Part shown: positions 1 through 7,062 of the stretch, one piece after another
Layout: each line of letters starts with the position of its first letter
Numbering within the stretch: position 1 is the stretch's first letter
Source of the DNA: a virus
Taxonomy: Duplodnaviria > Heunggongvirae > Uroviricota > Caudoviricetes
Length of the DNA stretch: 21,715 nt
IMG/VR virus record: IMGVR_UViG_3300042402_004854
Coordinates: 64,001 to 85,715 of that record
Reading direction: 5' to 3' (one strand)
Program-made: the position numbers and the translations under genes
Notes under the pieces: generated by a model
Seen by the model: the letters and a program-made list of their open reading frames with translations, nothing else
The model's database searches: none
What the model was told of the DNA's origin: nothing

Positions 1-1522
1 CGTCACTCTCGGCGTCAATTTGTGTGAGTGCTTGACTGTAAACATAACTGCTGTTGCGAATAATCAGTTCAATGGCTTGTATGATTTGCATGCCAGCTGT
101 GATGGCAAAGTTTTTACCTGTGACGTCTTTGGCCAATTTGGCTTGATTGACGTTGCTGGGTTGTTGGCTCACTGGCGCAGCCATTGGAAGTTGCGCACTT
201 TCTTTTTTCTTGCCTGGCAATACCAGTGTGGCATTTGCAATGTCTTCAGCGCCGTTGGCAAATACTATTCTGTACTCATCTGCCACAGAGTAATCTGCGT
301 TGGTTCCGACCAATCTTTCTCTTTGAAAATCATTTACCGCGCCCATTAATCCTTGTTTGATACTTTTTTTGGCGGTTGTTGCTGAATTGGCCTTGGGCGG
401 TGCTTTGTTCAATGAAGCCTGTAGTGCTGCTACTCTGGGATCACCGGTTGATGTTCTTCGACCCGAAGCATCTACTTGGGTAGTGGTTGATCCGCCGGGA
501 TTTTCTGCACTGCTGGTGGTTTCGGTGTATTCAGTTCCGCCGCCCAACAGCTGACCCACTGTGATCTCACTCAACTGTACATCATAAGGGATGGTTCCTC
601 TGCGTGTGCCCAAACCAATGCTCTGACCATAAGGCACACACTCAAAGTCATAGGTGACCAGTTTGCTTGAAACTCCCCAATTGATCTTGGCAATTCTAAA
701 AGGTATGAATTTTTCGATCACAGATGACGGATCTGTGTTGCCCACAGCTGGATCAGCGCCACTGATACCGGCCACAAGATTGCCTTCTTGATCATACCCG
801 TAAAAACGCAACACCATGAGATATGCAGCAGCAGAATAATTGATACTGCCACCGGCACCTTTGGGAGCATGGTCTTGCACAGCTTGATACAATCGATCAA
901 TCAAGCTGATGCCATTGGGCTCTACCACTGTGAACTTCAAGGTAGCGGCGCTGTGTGCGCTGCGAGTGCTTTTGCCAGCAGTCAGTGTTGTCAATTCAAC
1001 GCTGTCAATATAAAAATCAAGGTCAAAGGCTGGATTACGGCCTGAGTTGGTTGTGCTGTTTTTTACTTGTGCTGTGCTTGCAGTGCCACTGTTTTCATAG
1101 AAAGTTTGACTGTTAACTGTTGGACTTAGTGCGCCTTGAAACCCTGATGTATTGTTGGGGGCTCCGCCACTTTGAAACAACAAGTTATATCCATTTACCG
1201 ACTTCTTTTTGTTGTTCAATAAATTTCTATATTGTTGTGGAGTCAAGAGATACACACTGGCATGATAGGTGTAGCTGCTGAATCTATCTAGCACATTGCC
1301 TTTTGGTGTTACTTGTTGAAGTCCAACATTTGTTGAAATATTAACAGTTTTTTGTGTGCTGTACAGAGTGGGATTTCCGGTGTCTTCACCAGCCAGGTTG
1401 CTGCCAGTGTTGATGTTGTTGGAATTGACGGCACCGGGCACTGGATTGTTGGTGACATTCTGTTGATTTGGTACACCGGGGTCGATGACTGGACTGACTT
1501 TGGGTGGTAATTGCCAAATCAT
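1..1522 (-). CDS. Large baseplate/tail protein, probably a baseplate hub (gp27-like); 507 codons, truncated at the window edge
   Basis: Manually translated and absent from the ORF track because there is no stop in the window. ATG at 1522, 3 nt after the gp53 stop, open to base 1: MIWQLPPKVSP...NVLDRFSSYTYHASVYLLT...RNPAFDLDFYIDSVELTT...LKFTVVEPNGISLIDRLYQAVQD...AYLMVLRFYGYDQEG. The coding call is strong. The hub call rests on position after gp48/gp53 and remembered similarity. Confidence 0.6.
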   Translation of the reverse strand, partial: MIWQLPPKVSPVIDPGVPNQQNVTNNPVPGAVNSNNINTGSNLAGEDTGNPTLYSTQKTVNISTNVGLQQVTPKGNVLDRFSSYTYHASVYLLTPQQYRNLLNNKKKSVNGYNLLFQSGGAPNNTSGFQGALSPTVNSQTFYENSGTASTAQVKNSTTNSGRNPAFDLDFYIDSVELTTLTAGKSTRSAHSAATLKFTVVEPNGISLIDRLYQAVQDHAPKGAGGSINYSAAAYLMVLRFYGYDQEGNLVAGISGADPAVGNTDPSSVIEKFIPFRIAKINWGVSSKLVTYDFECVPYGQSIGLGTRRGTIPYDVQLSEITVGQLLGGGTEYTETTSSAENPGGSTTTQVDASGRRTSTGDPRVAALQASLNKAPPKANSATTAKKSIKQGLMGAVNDFQRERLVGTNADYSVADEYRIVFANGAEDIANATLVLPGKKKESAQLPMAAPVSQQPSNVNQAKLAKDVTGKNFAITAGMQIIQAIELIIRNSSYVYSQALTQIDAESD

Positions 1523-1525
1523 GAT

Positions 1526-1828
1526 TTAAAACCCTAGAGTTGATTTCAATGTTGTGATTTTAGGCAAGAATATTGATTTTCCTGCCTGAAAATCCAAGGG
1601 CGGTGCGACCAGTGCGTTGGGGTTGCGTTGATAGAACACCCACCACAAATTGCTGTTTTGATACAGATCATGAGCCAACAAATCAGGTCGATATTGATAC
1701 GTTTGTGTGATTGTCCATATCTGATCATCGTTCTCTTTTGGTATAGGACGATCAACCATGACGTCAAGAAAAAACTGACTGTAACCGGTCAAAAAATAAG
1801 GACTTGTAGCATCGTAATTTGCAGCCAT
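1526..1828 (-). CDS. gp53: Baseplate wedge protein, T4 gp53-like (LysM-like)
   Basis: Motif YQYRPDLLAHDLYQNSNLWWVFYQRNP is typical of gp53/LysM-like baseplate proteins; 100 aa; sits in the baseplate block. Confidence 0.8.
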   Translation of the reverse strand: MAANYDATSPYFLTGYSQFFLDVMVDRPIPKENDDQIWTITQTYQYRPDLLAHDLYQNSNLWWVFYQRNPNALVAPPLDFQAGKSIFLPKITTLKSTLGF

Positions 1829-2937
1829 TACCAGAAGCCTCCTCTGAGCAATCGACCATTGGCAAATCCTTCCAAACTAAATTGCTGGCTTACTTGACTG
1901 CGTGTCTGCACCGGTAACAATTGTATATTAATTTCCATTTTGGTAGGTACATATGTGGCATTTGTGGCATTGGGGGTGTTGACGTTTTGAAGAACAAAAT
2001 TTGGATTGGGCAGTTTGGGCAATGCTCCTGAAAACAAATTGGCATTTTTCAATCTGTTGACAATGCTCATGAATGGTCCGGTGACACCGATGCCGCTGGT
2101 TTTACCTGTGCGATTTTCTAAATTGACTCCAATTTGATTTGGAGCATCAGCTCTAATGTAGTCAACGTCTGATGGCAAACTGTATGTAAAATTTGAAACC
2201 AAACATGCATGATCGTTGAATTGATATGGGCCATACCCTGACGCATACACTAGAGGAGGAGGGGTTCCTGCCTGTGGGTCTTTGCCGTAGAACATCTTGG
2301 TCACACTTCTAAAAAAGTGTATAACGGCCAACAGGTACTGCGCTTCAACAGTGTCTTGCGCGGTGAATGTGCCACGTACTGAAATCTCATTCACCGCACT
2401 ATTTTTGTAAAAATAGCCACGATAGTTGCTGTGAATCAAATCATATGAGTCATATTTGGCAGTGTATTGTGTTTCAATTTGTGGTGTGTAAGGGAATATA
2501 ACTCCTTTTTCACGTAACGGTGCTAAAATTCCCGGGCTTTCGGCAGCATACAAATAGTTGGAATTGGGTGCCAATTTGATTTTGAATCGCCAATCACTGT
2601 TGTTACCAACATTTCTACGAGCAGACAAAGTTTTTTGTGCTTGAGCTCGTAGTTTGGTAGCGGCGTCTGCACTTCCTTCAAATGTTCCAGCTGATGTAAA
2701 AACTCTTGCTCTTGAATCGCCGGCGCTGCCAGGATTGTAGGAACTGCCATTACCTGAATCCACCGCAGTATCAACTGACTCAGGTGCCGAAGTATTGATT
2801 AATTCTTCACCAGGTGACAGGCTGTCTTGCACAGGCACTTCGTTGGCTACAAGATTCTGTACTTCTTGTGGTACAGCAGGTTGCGGCAGCTCTGGATCTA
2901 CATCGGGATTTTGATCAGCTGGAAAGCGTGTGGTCAT
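1828..2937 (-). CDS. Baseplate tail-tube cap/initiator, T4 gp48/gp54-like
   Basis: Tube-fold-like core GVIFPYTPQI...SNYRGYFYKNSAVNEISVRGTFTAQ...PPPLVYASGYG...PTKMEINIQLLP; directly upstream of gp53; low-complexity P/S/G-rich N-terminus of ~110 aa. Confidence 0.6.
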   Translation of the reverse strand: MTTRFPADQNPDVDPELPQPAVPQEVQNLVANEVPVQDSLSPGEELINTSAPESVDTAVDSGNGSSYNPGSAGDSRARVFTSAGTFEGSADAATKLRAQAQKTLSARRNVGNNSDWRFKIKLAPNSNYLYAAESPGILAPLREKGVIFPYTPQIETQYTAKYDSYDLIHSNYRGYFYKNSAVNEISVRGTFTAQDTVEAQYLLAVIHFFRSVTKMFYGKDPQAGTPPPLVYASGYGPYQFNDHACLVSNFTYSLPSDVDYIRADAPNQIGVNLENRTGKTSGIGVTGPFMSIVNRLKNANLFSGALPKLPNPNFVLQNVNTPNATNATYVPTKMEINIQLLPVQTRSQVSQQFSLEGFANGRLLRGGFW

Positions 2938-2954
2938 GTTTGTGTTCTCTTGTG

Positions 2955-2962
2955 TTATTTAC
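2955..2962 (-). promoter_or_regulatory. Putative gp55-dependent late promoter (GTAAATAA)
   Basis: TAAATA core of the T4 late promoter TATAAATA, 18 nt upstream of the ATG at 2937. The same core recurs before other structural genes in the window. Confidence 0.55.
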
Positions 2963-2994
2963 CCAATTTTTTAACCACGTAGTTTAAGAAGAGG

Positions 2995-3022
2995 TTGACA
3001 ACTGTTGTATTTGTGCTACAAT
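2995..3022 (+). promoter_or_regulatory. Sigma70-type promoter for gp55: TTGACA-N16-TACAAT with extended -10 TG
   Basis: TTGACA at 2995-3000, TG at 3014-3015, TACAAT at 3017-3022; downstream GGAG Shine-Dalgarno before the ATG at 3050. Confidence 0.75.
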
Positions 3023-3049
3023 AAGTACATATCTGGAGAACCCCCGACG

Positions 3050-3946
3050 ATGACACTAATCGCAAAACCCGCAACCAAGGTCAACTACCTTAACAACCGT
3101 GACATTTTAAAAGAAATACACCTAAGCAAAAACACCTACTGTGCTTTTCGGGATCGAACAACTGATCATCAATTTGACATGATACTGCCCAGTGTGAACA
3201 AAATCAATCAAAAGACCATTGCAGAAGCACGCCGCAATCGTGCTGACCGTCACCGACGTGAAACTGGCGAAGTGATTGACCCTAAAAAAATACCCAATAC
3301 GGAGGTGGTTTTCCGTGTCATGACTTGGGAACACATACCCCGGGCGCCCAAGAAAGTGCCTAAAACTGCTGCCAAAAAGAAAAAGATCGAAGACATACTA
3401 GACCTGGATGATGTCACAGAAGATCCACTGGCGGATCTTGTTGAGGACGTTGTTCTGGATCCCACACACATGCGAGTGAACTTCCCTCCGTTCTGGCACT
3501 ACAGAGTGGACGAAGACAAGAACCCTGTGCTGGTGGGCAAAAGCCACTGGAAAGGCGATTTGGACAGCGGCGAGTTTTGCAAGGATCATGGCAACATGAC
3601 ACGCAAACTGGCCACTATGTTTATGAAGCTGTGTGAACGTTATGCCACAAGATCCAACTGGAGAGGATACACTTACAATGAAGAAATGCGCGGGCAAGCC
3701 CTGTTACAACTCAGTCAAATCGGACTGCAATTCGACGAATCAAAATCGCAGAACCCTTTTGCGTATTATACTGCCGCTATCACTAATAGCTTTACTCGCA
3801 TCCTAAATATTGAAAAGAAAAATCAAAACATCCGTGATGACATCTTGGAAATGAACGGGCTCAACCCATCATGGACACGTCAGAACTCTGGCAAAGCCAG
3901 CATGGAGGCCATGAGTGGTCCGGTTGTATCTAGCCTAGATGAATAA
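3050..3946 (+). CDS. gp55: Late transcription sigma factor, T4 gp55-like, with a long internal insertion (298 aa from ATG 3050)
   Basis: NYLNNRDILKEI at the N-terminus and WRGYTYNEEMRGQALLQL...FDESKSQNPFAYYTAAITNSFTRILNIEKKNQ match gp55 hallmarks; upstream of gp47/gp46. Start moved from 3005 to 3050 because the promoter overlaps the first codons and GGAG precedes 3050. Confidence 0.85.
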   Translation: MTLIAKPATKVNYLNNRDILKEIHLSKNTYCAFRDRTTDHQFDMILPSVNKINQKTIAEARRNRADRHRRETGEVIDPKKIPNTEVVFRVMTWEHIPRAPKKVPKTAAKKKKIEDILDLDDVTEDPLADLVEDVVLDPTHMRVNFPPFWHYRVDEDKNPVLVGKSHWKGDLDSGEFCKDHGNMTRKLATMFMKLCERYATRSNWRGYTYNEEMRGQALLQLSQIGLQFDESKSQNPFAYYTAAITNSFTRILNIEKKNQNIRDDILEMNGLNPSWTRQNSGKASMEAMSGPVVSSLDE

Positions 3947-4817
3947 AACGCTGCATCTAACTCATCCAGAATTTGATGTGTCGCTGTTGCTACCACAAAG
4001 CATTTTGTTGACTGATATCTCTCAACTGCTTTCGGAGCAGTGCTATCATACTTCATTGGGAGATTTATCTCCACAAGAAGTATTATCTATCAGTAAACAA
4101 TTTAATATTATAAATTTTATACCAAACAACTTTGATTTTAACAGTGATATCTATTACGAAACTATTATTATACTCAACTATTTGTCCCATAAAAAAACAG
4201 TAACTGGATATATTCCGTCGGACCAGCATAAATTTTTATCACTAGACGTTCATACTCGGCTTGATGAACCAACTGTTTGGGTTTTTGGTTGCAGCCATAG
4301 CTACGGAGTAGGTCTATTGCCAGACCAACAGAATTTTGCACAACATATAAGTCAGGAAACTAAAACGTCATTGAAATTGATAGCACAACCAGGTTCTAGT
4401 ACTCAATGGAGTTTGCGTCATTTGATGAATGCTGATTTACAAAAAGGTGATTTTGTAATCTGGCAACTTACATCTCCAGAGCGCATTAGTTATGGGTATC
4501 CGCCAACTGAGATTCGACTTGCCCAGGCACAGATTCAACATCTGTTTGAAACCTACAACGACCAACAGCTATTGTTTCATCAGCTGTCGTTGTTTAATCA
4601 AGGTATTCAATATTTAAAATGCCAGCCAGTTAAATCTGTAGTTATATCCATCAGTAACCAATCGTCGTTGAGTTATTCTTGCTTAACCGAATACAGCAAG
4701 CATCCAGAATTTTGTCATGTACCAAATTACTTGCTAGACTTAGGTACAGATAACAAACACATGGGCCCTTTGAGTCATAAGTTTCTTGCGCATTCCATAC
4801 TAAATCATGTATACTAA
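3939..4817 (+). CDS. Accessory protein, SGNH/GDSL-hydrolase-like
   Basis: Block I-like VWVFGCSHSYGVG and C-terminal DNKHMG (DxxH); visibly AT-rich compared with flanking core genes. Confidence 0.5.
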   Translation: MNKTLHLTHPEFDVSLLLPQSILLTDISQLLSEQCYHTSLGDLSPQEVLSISKQFNIINFIPNNFDFNSDIYYETIIILNYLSHKKTVTGYIPSDQHKFLSLDVHTRLDEPTVWVFGCSHSYGVGLLPDQQNFAQHISQETKTSLKLIAQPGSSTQWSLRHLMNADLQKGDFVIWQLTSPERISYGYPPTEIRLAQAQIQHLFETYNDQQLLFHQLSLFNQGIQYLKCQPVKSVVISISNQSSLSYSCLTEYSKHPEFCHVPNYLLDLGTDNKHMGPLSHKFLAHSILNHVY

Positions 4818-4820
4818 GCA

Positions 4821-5837
4821 ATGACTAATCTATTCAAGAAGGCTGCGGTCTTCACAGACATACATTTTGGGTTAAAGTCCAACAGTCAAACACACAACGA
4901 TGACTGTTTGGACTTTGTGAAATGGGCCACTGCCAAGGCTCGAGAACAGGGTTGCGAAACCTGTTTGTTTCTTGGTGACTGGCACAACAACCGGGCCAGC
5001 TTAAATATTGTTACCCTGAGTTACAGTCTCCGGGCCCTGGAGCACATGAATGACAATTTTGATCGGGTATATTTTATTCCTGGCAATCACGATCTTTATT
5101 ATCGAGACAAGCGAGATATTCAAAGTGTGGAGTGGGCCAAACATTTGCCGAAAGTTGAAATTTGCAATGATTGGTTCAATGCTGGTGACGTTGTTATTGC
5201 TCCTTGGCTATGCGGCGATGACCACAAACGTATTCCCAAGTTAGAAGGCAAGTACATGTTCGGGCACTTTGAACTGCCTGGCTACTACATGAATGCCATG
5301 GTACAGATGCCAGATCATGGCACAGTACAACGTGGTGACTTTGGTGGCTTTGATCATGTGTTTACCGGACACTTTCACAAACGTCAAACAGCCAACAACA
5401 TCACATACATTGGCAACTGCTTTCCGCACAACTATGCCGATGCCGGAGATGATGAACGTGGCATGATGATACTTGAATGGGGCAAGGAGCCTGAGTATCA
5501 TGCTTGGCCCAATCAGCCCAGATATAGAGTACATGGCCTTGCTAATTTGATTGACAATGCGGCCACATTGCTTGCGCCCCGGATGCATGTGCGTGTAAAC
5601 TTGGACATTGAGATATCATACGAAGAAGCAAATTTTATTAAAGAAACATTTATCCGCGACTATGAATTGCGCGAAATGGCTTTGATTCCCAACAAGACTT
5701 CAGGTGTGGATGTGGATCTTGCACCTGGAGATGTGAAGTTTGAGTCAGTGGATCAGATTGTTACTGACCAACTCACAAATATTGAAAGTGAATTTTACGA
5801 CAACAAATTGCTGTTGCAGATTTATCAAAACTTATAA
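4821..5837 (+). CDS. gp47: Recombination nuclease subunit, T4 gp47 / Mre11-SbcD family
   Basis: Metallophosphoesterase motifs FTDIHFG, FLGDWH, GNHD, GHF, GHFH; paired with the downstream gp46. Confidence 0.95.
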   Translation: MTNLFKKAAVFTDIHFGLKSNSQTHNDDCLDFVKWATAKAREQGCETCLFLGDWHNNRASLNIVTLSYSLRALEHMNDNFDRVYFIPGNHDLYYRDKRDIQSVEWAKHLPKVEICNDWFNAGDVVIAPWLCGDDHKRIPKLEGKYMFGHFELPGYYMNAMVQMPDHGTVQRGDFGGFDHVFTGHFHKRQTANNITYIGNCFPHNYADAGDDERGMMILEWGKEPEYHAWPNQPRYRVHGLANLIDNAATLLAPRMHVRVNLDIEISYEEANFIKETFIRDYELREMALIPNKTSGVDVDLAPGDVKFESVDQIVTDQLTNIESEFYDNKLLLQIYQNL

Positions 5838-5992
5838 TTTCACAGCTTCTGCAATTTCTAGTCATAAGATTTCCGCTAGGTGCTGAAGGAAACTTTTTAG
5901 TTTTGTTGCTACAATGTAATCACGAAGTCGGGCATTGCCGTGCCGGATCAAGAACTAATTAAAAAAACTATTTTGTATATGGCGAAAAAGAC

Positions 5993-6541
5993 ATGAATAT
6001 TAATAAACAGGTCATGATGACCAAAAACTACAAAGAGGTATTTTATTCTAAATATGATATTCTTGGACATTATGATATGATGCAGTTTGATTCTAATTGG
6101 CCTCTGTTTGAGAAACACTTGCAATCAGTAAAACTCAAATATTATACACCTAAACAAAAATACATTGTAGAGCATGCAGACACTGACTATTATCATCCTG
6201 ATTTTAACTATGGGTTCTTTTTATCAAATTTAATTTCTGTTTTCAAAACAGTTGACATACCATTGCATGCTCTATTGTTGTTTACCAATCACTTTGGAAT
6301 TGAACAAGAAATAAATGCGTTGGCACCTGACCCACATGATCGACCTATTGTTGTAACTAGTTTTATAACTACAGCACATTATACAGATCACTACCAACCA
6401 GTGGATGTCAGTCCAGAACTTATAAAATATCCAGCTATATGCATGATGGGTGCTGGTAGAACTCATCGAAATGTTGTGTTTAGATTTTTAGAAAGACACA
6501 ATCTATTAGAGACCGTGGCAACAAGCGTAAAAAATATATGA
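5993..6541 (+). CDS. Hypothetical protein, probable N-terminal half of a glycosyltransferase-like protein
   Basis: 182-aa AT-rich ORF ending ...CMMGAGRTHRNVVFRFLERHNLLETVATS; ATGA overlap with the next ORF. Confidence 0.55.
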   Translation: MNINKQVMMTKNYKEVFYSKYDILGHYDMMQFDSNWPLFEKHLQSVKLKYYTPKQKYIVEHADTDYYHPDFNYGFFLSNLISVFKTVDIPLHALLLFTNHFGIEQEINALAPDPHDRPIVVTSFITTAHYTDHYQPVDVSPELIKYPAICMMGAGRTHRNVVFRFLERHNLLETVATSVKNI

Positions 6542-7062
6542 ATTATCTAACCGTTCAACCTTTTACCAGATCTAATGAAACGTGGGTTAGTGTTGATATA
6601 GATTCGAGGCCAGCGGACAAATCGTTTACACATCCAATCATTCAAGGCAAAAGTAATTCATTCAACCACAGATATCAGGCTCAATTTTATCAACACATTG
6701 CTCTTGACATTGTTACGGAAACAGTATACAATTATCCATATCCTTATGTTTCTGAAAAAACTCTAAGACCTATAGCATGCAAGAGATTGTTTATTGTAGT
6801 GGGCGCTCCAGGAATTTTGCAACTTTTGAGAGATAAAAATTTTGTAACATTTGGTGATGTTATCGACGAAAGCTACGATTTAGAAACTGACCATGTGTTA
6901 AGATGGAAAAAACTAGAGCAAGCAATATTAAACTTTGTTAATCAACCATTAGAAACTATACAAAAAATAGTTTCTGATAAATCTAGTGTGCTAGAGCATA
7001 ATTATCAAACTTTAATTCACCTTGAGCAAACAGAATTAAACGCACTTCATGATACAAATTAA
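6538..7062 (+). CDS. Glycosyltransferase-like protein (C-terminal motif reminiscent of GT10 fucosyltransferases)
   Basis: DIVTETVYNYPYPYVSEKTLRPI...FVTFGDVIDESYD resembles the E-x(n)-Y-V-[TS]-E-K donor-binding motif of GT10-like proteins. Family call is tentative. Confidence 0.45.
   Translation: MNYLTVQPFTRSNETWVSVDIDSRPADKSFTHPIIQGKSNSFNHRYQAQFYQHIALDIVTETVYNYPYPYVSEKTLRPIACKRLFIVVGAPGILQLLRDKNFVTFGDVIDESYDLETDHVLRWKKLEQAILNFVNQPLETIQKIVSDKSSVLEHNYQTLIHLEQTELNALHDTN

Noticed and set aside
20-1045. Short ORFs at 20-349, 357-554, 718-900 and 788-1045
   Set aside because: They are shadows of the long minus-strand ORF 1-1522.
5907-5915. TGCTACAAT, identical to the extended -10 of the gp55 promoter
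   Set aside because: There is no -35 element and it also reads as L-L-Q codons in the putative gene remnant. It cannot be distinguished from chance, so it is not listed as a promoter.
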